Program-made: the position numbers and the translations under genes | In this document: one piece after another, positions 31,890-40,639 of the stretch | How positions within the stretch are numbered: position 1 is the stretch's first letter | How the letters are laid out: each line of letters opens with the position of its first letter | The notes under the pieces: generated by a model | Seen by the model: only the letters and a program-made list of their open reading frames with translations | Databases searched by the model: none | What the model was told of the DNA's origin: nothing | IMG/VR virus record: IMGVR_UViG_3300022562_001814 | Location: 96,001 to 160,000 of that record | Direction: 5' to 3' (one strand) | From: a virus | DNA length: 64,000 nt

Positions 31890-34800
31890 ATGAGAAAACC
31901 AATAAGCGCTAAACAAAATATTTGGTTTAATGGACAAGCAGTCGATAATAGCGATCTTACATTAGAGCAAGATTATAATAATCTAATCCAAACCGGTTTG
32001 ATTCATAATCACTTAGGTACTGGTATTTTATTAGAAGATTTAACACAAAATACTTTATTTGATTCTGATTTAGCTTCTGGATTATTAGATGGGAAGGCCA
32101 CTGATGTTCAGTTACAACCCAATGATAGTAATTATGGTAATCAATTAGAAATAGAATTACAAAATTCCGAAGCTGCTGGAAAACGTAATTTTAAATTACT
32201 TATTATAGGTATTGATTTTGATAATAATTTACAATATGACACGTTTGTATTTAATAGAAACGAAAAACAATTAAGTAAAAAACATTATACAAAAATTCTT
32301 AAAATATTATTTAATGATTTTATAGGCGATCCAACAGAATCTTTTAATTTAGGTGGTAGATTTACTATTAAAGAAGCCAAACCTTGTAGTTTAAGTAGAG
32401 ATTGTGTTATGGTTGCTCAAGATTTACAACCTAATATCTTTTTCAGAGATTTCTTTGTTGGTTCTGGTAGCAGTTTAAATACAGTATTAACTCTTGCATT
32501 ACCTAGTTATAATATTGATACTTTAAATATTACTTCAGATTATAAACAATTAAGAGAATTAACCGAAGATGATGTAAGTTCTCAAATAGGTCAAAAATTT
32601 CAAGCAACAACTAATAATATTCAAAAAATAACATTACTATTAGCAGTAACCAATTCCGTTGATCCTAATGATTTGGAATGGTCCGGAGATTTAATTATTA
32701 GCATATTTCAATTACAATCAGCACTTGATTGCCCATTAGATATTGCCCCAGGAACAGCTATTGAATTTGATCCTTCTAACATTCCATTAGCACAATTAAG
32801 TTTTAATTATAATAGTTTGTTAGATAAGGGAATACAATTAGGAGAAACGCCACAACCGGTAGATTTTATTTTTAGTAACACTCCGGTTGGAAATGGAAGT
32901 ATTATTAAAAACGGTAGCTATTATGTGGTTACTATGAAAAGAGCAGGTTCTGCAGATAAATGTACCATTCAAGCTGCTACGGGGGCTAATAGATTAGATA
33001 ATTCTACAATTACATTTTTTAATGGTGCTATTTGGGTAGACGTACCAGATGAAGATTTATGGTTTCAAGTATGGACTGATTCGGCTAAAGTATCGGATGG
33101 ACAAGCTTACGAATCGGGGCATGGAGTTATAATACCTAAAACTAACATTAATAATACAACGGGATTAACAGAAGATTATTCATTAGATGATATTCAATTT
33201 GTTAGAAATGATGTTTATTATGGTATCGTAGAGGCTATAACAGAACAAAGCGTATTAGTTCAAGATCAAAGAACCGGAGAATCGGTAGTTTCACAACAAC
33301 AGTTTATTCCAGAAATTTCATTACTAACAGCAACCCAATTAGTTGAAAGAGAAAAAGTATCCGATCCTCTTATACTCGGTAGTATAACAGATAAAAATGC
33401 AAAATCAGTAAATGCTGGCACCGCCGACGTGTCTGCAAGCTTTCATCATTTCTCAATGATTAATAATAAATGCATTCTTAAAGTTATTGATGACCCGTCA
33501 GATGGGTATAGATATGATTTAAATGTTTTAAATTTGATTACTGAATTAACCGGTAGCGGAGGCGTCTCTAACATTAATGGATTACTAAATGGTAAAATAG
33601 TTATAAACGATTTAGATACCTCTACTTTTTATCGTATTGCTGACACCGAAATAATTTCTATGATTTATGGCGATTTAAATGGGGATGGGGTTGTAGATGA
33701 TAATGATTTGTCAGAAATGTTAGATCTTTTAGATAGCGATTTAAATACAGTTCCAACATATGATGAATATATTACTCTTACCACTCTGTTCAAAGATGAT
33801 AATAGCTTAACTTGGGAATTATTAGATGATGATTTAGTTACCGTTATTGCTTCTGGTTCAGATGGTATGATAACAGCTGATCCTCAAGATAGTACTAGAG
33901 CAATTTTTACTAGTGCTAGTGCCACCTTCACGGCGTTTTTATCATTAAGTACTAAAAGGCTTCGTATATTAAATGATATTAGTAATCCAGGTAATAACGG
34001 TTCGTTTAAAATTACTGGCTTAATTGATGATTATAATATAAATATTAGAAAAATATATTATAATTCTGATACTATTCTTAAAATTTTAAGAGCAGATATT
34101 AATGGGGATATGGTTGTAGACGCAACAGACGTAACTTTGATGACTAATTACATTGATAAAGTGGCTCCATTTCCTGCAACAACATCGCCTGCTAATAAAA
34201 TTGGAACTAAATTTACAGCAATACGATTTACTTTGGAACAATATATCGATAGAGCAGATGAATATACAGCTTCGTCCGAGCGCGGCATCGATGTACATCC
34301 TTTACCTGATATGTTGGTAGATGGTTATCTGGCTGGATATTCTTTGTTTGGCATAGATTTAACGAATAGTCCGGTGGATTTTACAATCACCAAACAACTC
34401 AATTGGTTTAATTATTTGGTTAATACAAATTCTAATCCCAAATTAGTACCTATTTCTTTTAATTATCAAGAGGGCTTTAATATTAATGATTGTTCTTTAG
34501 ACGGCATAGTTAATGATAAATATCCATTACCACCTAGTTTTGATCCGGGTAGAAATGATATGTTTTTACCAAATAATATAGTTGTTAATTATGGGGGAGA
34601 ACTAGTACGTCCTGATGGATATTTTATGAAAATGGATTTCGAGGTAGGAAATATAGTATTTGAAATTCCAGCAATATCATTTAGTGCTGAAAAAACTATT
34701 AACATTTTTACAGATTTTGTTGTAGATTATAGTGGTGATGGGCATACTAGATTAGGTTATGAAGCCATGCGATTTGCTGATTGTTCATTTGTTGATTTGG

Positions 34801-35096
34801 ATGCACTAAATAAAGAACAAGTTAGATTTACTGTGGCGGTCAGATCTTTTAGCCCCCAAATTGATGGCATAGATATTAATGATCTTGAAGGCGTTATTGT
34901 TGATGGTAGAATTGGAGTAGCAATAGATGCTTCTACCGGACTTTTAACTCTCAATTTCTCCAATCTATATGAAGACCCTATTTTACAAACTTTAAAAACA
35001 AGGGTACAAATAACTGTTTTCTTAAAAAAAGCTGGATTTAATAACGATACTGTTATTATTAGTTCAACCAAAGTCAAAAATTTACTAGGATTGTAA
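31890..35096 (+). CDS. Baseplate/fibre-attachment protein with two dockerin-like Ca-binding repeats
   Basis: N-terminal WFNGQAVDNSDLTLEQDY, typical of baseplate/fibre N-termini. Repeats YGDLNGDGVVDDNDLSEML and RADINGDMVVDATDVTLM. Confidence 0.6.
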   Translation: MRKPISAKQNIWFNGQAVDNSDLTLEQDYNNLIQTGLIHNHLGTGILLEDLTQNTLFDSDLASGLLDGKATDVQLQPNDSNYGNQLEIELQNSEAAGKRNFKLLIIGIDFDNNLQYDTFVFNRNEKQLSKKHYTKILKILFNDFIGDPTESFNLGGRFTIKEAKPCSLSRDCVMVAQDLQPNIFFRDFFVGSGSSLNTVLTLALPSYNIDTLNITSDYKQLRELTEDDVSSQIGQKFQATTNNIQKITLLLAVTNSVDPNDLEWSGDLIISIFQLQSALDCPLDIAPGTAIEFDPSNIPLAQLSFNYNSLLDKGIQLGETPQPVDFIFSNTPVGNGSIIKNGSYYVVTMKRAGSADKCTIQAATGANRLDNSTITFFNGAIWVDVPDEDLWFQVWTDSAKVSDGQAYESGHGVIIPKTNINNTTGLTEDYSLDDIQFVRNDVYYGIVEAITEQSVLVQDQRTGESVVSQQQFIPEISLLTATQLVEREKVSDPLILGSITDKNAKSVNAGTADVSASFHHFSMINNKCILKVIDDPSDGYRYDLNVLNLITELTGSGGVSNINGLLNGKIVINDLDTSTFYRIADTEIISMIYGDLNGDGVVDDNDLSEMLDLLDSDLNTVPTYDEYITLTTLFKDDNSLTWELLDDDLVTVIASGSDGMITADPQDSTRAIFTSASATFTAFLSLSTKRLRILNDISNPGNNGSFKITGLIDDYNINIRKIYYNSDTILKILRADINGDMVVDATDVTLMTNYIDKVAPFPATTSPANKIGTKFTAIRFTLEQYIDRADEYTASSERGIDVHPLPDMLVDGYLAGYSLFGIDLTNSPVDFTITKQLNWFNYLVNTNSNPKLVPISFNYQEGFNINDCSLDGIVNDKYPLPPSFDPGRNDMFLPNNIVVNYGGELVRPDGYFMKMDFEVGNIVFEIPAISFSAEKTINIFTDFVVDYSGDGHTRLGYEAMRFADCSFVDLDALNKEQVRFTVAVRSFSPQIDGIDINDLEGVIVDGRIGVAIDASTGLLTLNFSNLYEDPILQTLKTRVQITVFLKKAGFNNDTVIISSTKVKNLLGL

Positions 35097-35103
35097 TTTC
35101 AAA

Positions 35104-35169
35104 ATACCTAAAAATTTATCAATAGTATTGATATATATTAAACGAATATTGATAATGAAAGCCAGGTAT
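35104..35169 (+). promoter_or_regulatory. Hairpin enclosing GATATATA and pairing the SD of the first glycosyltransferase
   Basis: TTATCAATA (35116-35124) pairs with TATTGATAA (35147-35155), and ATACCT (35104-35109) pairs with AGGTAT (35164-35169). GATATATA lies at 35130-35137. Confidence 0.5.
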
Positions 35170-35171
35170 CA

Positions 35172-36296
35172 ATGAAAGTATTGCTACAACAATTTTTAAG
35201 TTCTAATCATAGTTGGTCGATAGTTGGACAAAATATAGCGCGTTCTTTAATTAAAAAAGGACATGATGTAGAATTGTTTTCTACTAATGGTATTAAACAT
35301 TTTCCAGAAGATCTTCGTTCCAATTTAATTGGATATTGTGATGAAAAGCAAATTTTTGGTGAATCACCAAAAGATTTATACGATATGCAAATTAGTTATA
35401 CCGCTTTTAAAAATTTTCCATTTTATTTATCTCACGGTTCTAAGAATAGGTTTGGTTTGTGGACATTTGAATTTGCCGGGAAAAATGCCCTTCCAGATGG
35501 ATTTGCTAAACATTATAAATTTTCTGATAAAATTTTACCACCATCTAATTTCGCTAAACAAGTGTTTATGGACTCTGGTGTACCAGAGGATCATATGATG
35601 GTAATACCTCACGGTATTGATTTTAATCAGGCTGATACGGCAGAACCTTATAAATTACAAACCAAGAAAAATAATATTATTTTAGCAGTAATAGCACAGG
35701 TACATAGACGAAAAAATCTAGCAGGTATGCTAGAGATGTATGGTAAGGCTTTTACTAAAGATGATGATGTTTGTTTGGTGATAAAAATACAAGATAGACC
35801 ACCAGTTCATCATTTTGAATTATCATTTAAACAAATTTTTGATTCATTTAAAGATAAATTCAAAAATCACGCAGAAATAGAAATTATAAAAGAATTTGTT
35901 CCTAATATATTTTCCCTTTATAAATCTTGTGATATTGTATTTTCGGCTTCCCATTGTGAAGGTTTTGGTATTACAGCATTAGACGCTCATGCTTTTGGTA
36001 AAATTAATGTTGCTTCTAATTATGGTGGGTTCTTAGATTTTTTAAATAAGGACAATGCTTTATTAATTGATGGTAAAGAATTTATCGTGCCTGCAAATTT
36101 TTTGTATTGGACACACAAGATTAAAACCAGGGCTTTTATGCCAGATATAGACTCTGGAGTAGAACAACTACGATATGCTGTTAAAAATAAAGATATGTTA
36201 TTAGAGCACTACAAAAAAAATATAACATTAGCTAAAACAACCTATAATTGGGATATCGTTACTTCTCAAATTTTGGAGTTAACTAAAAATGTCTAA
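35172..36296 (+). CDS. GT-B fold glycosyltransferase (GT4-like)
   Basis: VIPHGID, RKNL, and SHCEGFGITALDA (the EX7E region). Confidence 0.85.
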   Translation: MKVLLQQFLSSNHSWSIVGQNIARSLIKKGHDVELFSTNGIKHFPEDLRSNLIGYCDEKQIFGESPKDLYDMQISYTAFKNFPFYLSHGSKNRFGLWTFEFAGKNALPDGFAKHYKFSDKILPPSNFAKQVFMDSGVPEDHMMVIPHGIDFNQADTAEPYKLQTKKNNIILAVIAQVHRRKNLAGMLEMYGKAFTKDDDVCLVIKIQDRPPVHHFELSFKQIFDSFKDKFKNHAEIEIIKEFVPNIFSLYKSCDIVFSASHCEGFGITALDAHAFGKINVASNYGGFLDFLNKDNALLIDGKEFIVPANFLYWTHKIKTRAFMPDIDSGVEQLRYAVKNKDMLLEHYKKNITLAKTTYNWDIVTSQILELTKNV

Positions 36297-37680
36297 CTAT
36301 GATTTTACATTGGATATGGAAACTGATAATTCAAATTCATTAATATTAAGACAAATAAAACCTAACACAAAAATATTAGAATTTGGACCTGCCCACGGAA
36401 GAATGACCAAATATTTAAAAGAGGTTTTAAATTGTGAGGTTTATGTTGTAGAAAAAGATGAAGAATCTGGAAAGATGGCAGACCAATATGCTGTTCATAG
36501 CTGGATTGGTAAGGAGTTCGGTGAAATTGAAGGATATGGCTATTGGTTTCTTGATAGTAAGAGAGATGAGTTAAAATTTGATTACATTATTTTTGCGGAC
36601 GTTCTAGAACATTTAGTACAACCAGATGAGATATTAAAACTTTCATTACAATTGCTTACAGATGAGGGATCTATATTGATTTCAATTCCCAACATAGGTC
36701 ATAATGCTTTATTGATTGATTTATTACAAAATAAATTTGATTACAGGGAAACTGGCATTCTTGATAAAACACATTTAAGATTTTTTACTCACGATTCTTT
36801 AAAGAAAATGATATCGTCGGTAGGATTAACTATATCGAAAGAAATCAATGCAATTAATGCTGTTGAAAATACAGAATTTAAAAATGCTTATCAACAATTG
36901 CCATCTGAAGTGAGCGCCTTTCTTAAAGAACGTGAATACGGGGAAGTATATCAATTTATTTGGAAATTAGTAAAAACTGAATTCAAGCTTAGTATTGTTA
37001 TACCAGTATTCAATCAGTGGAATTTTACTAAAAGCTGTTTAACAGATCTGTTGAAATTAGATCCTTCACAAGTTGAAATTATTATTGTTAATAATGCTAG
37101 TACAGATAATACTGCAGAATTTCTTAAACAATATAGAGCCACAAATCCTAATTTAGTAGTTATTAATAATGAGGTAAATTTGGGCTTTGGCAAAGCTTGT
37201 AATATAGGTTATACAAATGCTAAAGCCGACACCGTTATGTTTTTAAATAATGATATACGTGTAAAAAATGAATTTGATAGTTGGATTAATCGCGTGTTAG
37301 ATAAATGTACTGATAACAATTTAGTTGGACCGACTGGTGGTAAAGTAGATCCCAACAACAATTTTCAATTTTTATATGAAACTAACGATCCCAAGAAGGA
37401 TATTAATTATTTAAGTGGATGGTGTATTACTGCTAAAAAAATGGTCTGGAACAAATTAATTGAAGAACAAAACATATTTAAAGGACCTTTTTCTGAACAA
37501 TATTTTTGTTATTTTGAAGACACGCATTTATCATTTTCAGCAAAAAAAATAGGCATTGAGTTTTGCGTGACTGAATTGCCAGTAGTTCATTTTGGTAAAA
37601 TGAGTAGCAAGCAAATAAATACTTTTGGACTCTATAGTGCATCAAGATCAACGTTTATTAATAATTGGAAACGAAAATAA
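36289..37680 (+). CDS. SAM-dependent methyltransferase fused to a GT2 glycosyltransferase
   Basis: Methyltransferase part: ILEFGPAHG, FDYIIFADVLEHL, GILDKTHLRFFT. GT2 part: SIVIPVFN, IVNNASTD, NLGFGKACNIG, FLNND, YFED. Confidence 0.85.
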   Translation: MSNYDFTLDMETDNSNSLILRQIKPNTKILEFGPAHGRMTKYLKEVLNCEVYVVEKDEESGKMADQYAVHSWIGKEFGEIEGYGYWFLDSKRDELKFDYIIFADVLEHLVQPDEILKLSLQLLTDEGSILISIPNIGHNALLIDLLQNKFDYRETGILDKTHLRFFTHDSLKKMISSVGLTISKEINAINAVENTEFKNAYQQLPSEVSAFLKEREYGEVYQFIWKLVKTEFKLSIVIPVFNQWNFTKSCLTDLLKLDPSQVEIIIVNNASTDNTAEFLKQYRATNPNLVVINNEVNLGFGKACNIGYTNAKADTVMFLNNDIRVKNEFDSWINRVLDKCTDNNLVGPTGGKVDPNNNFQFLYETNDPKKDINYLSGWCITAKKMVWNKLIEEQNIFKGPFSEQYFCYFEDTHLSFSAKKIGIEFCVTELPVVHFGKMSSKQINTFGLYSASRSTFINNWKRK

Positions 37681-37759
37681 TTTTATTCGTACTTTTCTTA
37701 AATAAAAACATAATTATATTGTGCGCGTAAACCGAAACCTTAAATTCAGGAAATTTCAC

Positions 37760-38740
37760 ATGTCCCTTTCAACAAAAATATTAATGACTTTGGTAGCTAT
37801 CGCGCTTATTTGTGTGAGCGGATTTATTGTTTTTAAACAAATTGAAAATGCTAATCGATTAGATGATATTCAACAATCAATAGTTGAACAAAAACAACTT
37901 CTTGACAACATTTCGAGAGCACAAGCTCAATATGCATCAAAAGAAGATTTAGAAGCATATGCAAAACAACAAAACATTAATCTTGATGTAATTAAAAAAG
38001 ATTTGGAAACTTTAAACGCTCAAGTTAAAGCTATTAATGGTGTGGTGGTCACTAGTAGATCTCAAAATAATACAAATGTACCATCAACAGGTACCACACC
38101 TAGAATTGACCCACCAAACGTTGATCCTAAAACAGATCCATATGGTTATTTAACTAATACTCAAAAATTAAAATTGAATGAAAAATTCTCAAATGTGGAA
38201 ATTCCTTTTGGTGAAATCGGGTTTAGTGCTTGGAAACAAAAACCATGGGATATTAATATTGCAGAAAGAAAATATTCTGTTACTTCGGTATTAGGACAAG
38301 ATGAAAGCGGTAGGCATTATAGTTATTCCAAATTTGCAATTCAAACGGGCGGAAAAACTTATGATGTTAAAATTGATGAAAATAAATTTTTAGAAGAATA
38401 TCCACAAGCCAAATTACACTGGTTTAATCCGAGACTTTATATGTTTGCTAATGGTGGCGTAGGAGTTTCAAAAGCGCCCGTGACTGGTGAATTTACGCCT
38501 GGTGTATCTGTTGGTATCATGTCTTATGGAAAAACTAAAACAAATCCGGATCTTAGTATTTTACAATTAGGCGCCGGATATGGGGTGGTCAATAAAACTT
38601 TAGAGCTTTCTGTATCTCCTATCCAATATAATATAGGACAGCATTTGCCTTTAATGAATAATACTTATGTTGGACCGACAGTACAGGTTAATACTATTGG
38701 AGGAGTTACTGTAGGTGGGGGAGTAAGTGTCGGATTCTAG
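37760..38740 (+). CDS. Membrane-anchored coiled-coil protein with C-terminal amphipathic beta strands ending in Phe (candidate spanin-like)
   Basis: ATG at 37760 after CAGGA. TM helix ILMTLVAIALICVSGFIVF, Gln-rich coiled coil, C-terminus ...GGVTVGGGVSVGF. Confidence 0.6.
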   Translation: MSLSTKILMTLVAIALICVSGFIVFKQIENANRLDDIQQSIVEQKQLLDNISRAQAQYASKEDLEAYAKQQNINLDVIKKDLETLNAQVKAINGVVVTSRSQNNTNVPSTGTTPRIDPPNVDPKTDPYGYLTNTQKLKLNEKFSNVEIPFGEIGFSAWKQKPWDINIAERKYSVTSVLGQDESGRHYSYSKFAIQTGGKTYDVKIDENKFLEEYPQAKLHWFNPRLYMFANGGVGVSKAPVTGEFTPGVSVGIMSYGKTKTNPDLSILQLGAGYGVVNKTLELSVSPIQYNIGQHLPLMNNTYVGPTVQVNTIGGVTVGGGVSVGF

Positions 38741-38760
38741 TGATATATAAAGGATAGATT

Positions 38761-39606
38761 ATGACTGTACACGTATTAACATTAAATTGGCAGGGCAAAG
38801 ACAAAATTAGTAAATTAAAGGAGAGTTTTCGCCCAGCTATAAAAGATATAGATTATGTTTGGCATATTAAAGATAATGGTTCAACAGATGGATCGGTTGA
38901 AGAAATTAAAAATTGGAATGATGTTAAATATAATTTAATTGAATACCCAAATAATAGACAAAGTTATTCCCAGGGTATGAATCTTTTGTTTAAGGAAGCG
39001 TGTCCAAAAGATGATGATATTATATTAACTCTTAATAATGATGTCATTTTTAATGATACAGTGTCATTAAAAAATATGATCAAATTATTAAAAGAAGATA
39101 ATGATATTGGCATTGTTGGAGCCAAACTTAATTACACAGATACGGATAAAATTCAACATTGTGGGGTCTTATTTCATAAGACAAATGGGTTGCCATATCA
39201 TTATAGAGTTGGTGCTACAGAAACTGCGAGAGATACAATTAATAGATATTATCCAGTAGTTACTGGGGCTGTTTCAATACTTCGCGCAGATACTTTTGCA
39301 AATTGTTTTACCAATAAATCTGGTTTTAAAGGTTTTAGGGAAGATTATTTCTTTGCTTTTGAAGATGTTGATATGTGTATGCGTATTAATAATCATTTAA
39401 ATAAAAAAGTGTTGTATTGTGGTAAAACTAATATTTTTCATGAAGAAAGCGCATCTCTAAAGAAAAATCCGGTCCATAAAATGTTTATGAATAAAAATTC
39501 TAAATTATTTTTAGAGAGTTGGCATAAATATATAAATGTTTTACTTTGTGAAAAATATGATGATCCTAATTATAATGTTTATGAAGTGAAAGAATTTAAA
39601 GAATAA
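38761..39606 (+). CDS. GT2 family glycosyltransferase
   Basis: LTLNW, KDNGSTDGS, LTLNNDV, IGIVGAKL, VTGA, FAFEDVDMCMR, HEESAS. Confidence 0.85.
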   Translation: MTVHVLTLNWQGKDKISKLKESFRPAIKDIDYVWHIKDNGSTDGSVEEIKNWNDVKYNLIEYPNNRQSYSQGMNLLFKEACPKDDDIILTLNNDVIFNDTVSLKNMIKLLKEDNDIGIVGAKLNYTDTDKIQHCGVLFHKTNGLPYHYRVGATETARDTINRYYPVVTGAVSILRADTFANCFTNKSGFKGFREDYFFAFEDVDMCMRINNHLNKKVLYCGKTNIFHEESASLKKNPVHKMFMNKNSKLFLESWHKYINVLLCEKYDDPNYNVYEVKEFKE

Positions 39607-39623
39607 ATATTAGGAATGTATAG

Positions 39624-40586
39624 ATGGATAAACGTCGTTTATTAATTACTGGTTCGGCAGGTTTCATAGGCTCGAATTTTATTCGTAAGACTATTTATGA
39701 AAAACACCCATACGAAATTTCAAGTGTGGATAAAATAGTTAATTCATCTATGTTGAATAATATTTATCAACATAAATTGCATGACTTTTATATAGCGGAT
39801 ATATGTGATCAACACATTATGGATAAAATTTTTGAATATGTAAAACCAGAAATTGTTATACATATGGCGGCTGAATCGGCAGTAGATAAGTCGATACATG
39901 ATCCTGATGTTTTTATGAAATCAAATATATTGGGTACACAAAATTTAATCAATTTATCTTTAAAATATGATGTAAAATGTTTTTTGTATCAAAGTACTGA
40001 TGAAGTCTATGGCGCCTTATCATCTAATGAGGATACTGCGTGGACAGAAGAATCGCCTTTAATTCCTAAAAACCCGTACTCTGCAAGTAAAGCGGCAGGA
40101 GAATTATTAATAAAGGCAGCTGCAAATACACATAATTTACCATTTATAATAGTCAGATCTTGTAATAATTATGGACCTAGACAAACGCCAGATAAATTAA
40201 TTCCAAGAACCATTAAATGTTTATTAGAAAATAAACAAATTCCTGTTTATGGACAAGGATTACAAATTAGAGATTGGCTACATACACAAGATAATTGCGC
40301 TGCCATCCTTAAAATTTTACGTTCTGGAAAAGTTGGAGAAACATATAATATTTCCGCCAATCAAGAATTTACAAATATTGAAGTAGTTAAAATGATCTGT
40401 GATATAATGGATAAGAGCTATGATCATATCGATCATATAACCGATCCAAGACCGGGTCACGATTTTAGATATAGTGTGAATTCAACAAAATTAAGAAATA
40501 TGGGTTGGTTGCCAAGTTATAAATTTAAAGAAGGATTGCAACAAACAGTTGAATGGTTTTTAATGAATTCATTTTTTCTTAAATAG
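39624..40586 (+). CDS. rfbB: dTDP-glucose 4,6-dehydratase (RmlB/RfbB family)
   Basis: ITGSAGFIG, HMAAES, STDEVYG, PYSASKA, NNYGPRQ, RDWLH, RPGHDFRY. Confidence 0.85.
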   Translation: MDKRRLLITGSAGFIGSNFIRKTIYEKHPYEISSVDKIVNSSMLNNIYQHKLHDFYIADICDQHIMDKIFEYVKPEIVIHMAAESAVDKSIHDPDVFMKSNILGTQNLINLSLKYDVKCFLYQSTDEVYGALSSNEDTAWTEESPLIPKNPYSASKAAGELLIKAAANTHNLPFIIVRSCNNYGPRQTPDKLIPRTIKCLLENKQIPVYGQGLQIRDWLHTQDNCAAILKILRSGKVGETYNISANQEFTNIEVVKMICDIMDKSYDHIDHITDPRPGHDFRYSVNSTKLRNMGWLPSYKFKEGLQQTVEWFLMNSFFLK

Positions 40587-40639
40587 GAATAAATATGACA
40601 GTAAAAAATAGTATCTTGATTTTGCCTAAAGAGGACGTT

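Noticed and set aside
1-35096. Extracellular contractile injection system (eCIS/tailocin) in a bacterial chromosome
   Set aside because: The linked DnaB/DnaC, RNR, sigma factor, homing endonucleases and frameshifted tail chaperone indicate a replicating phage.
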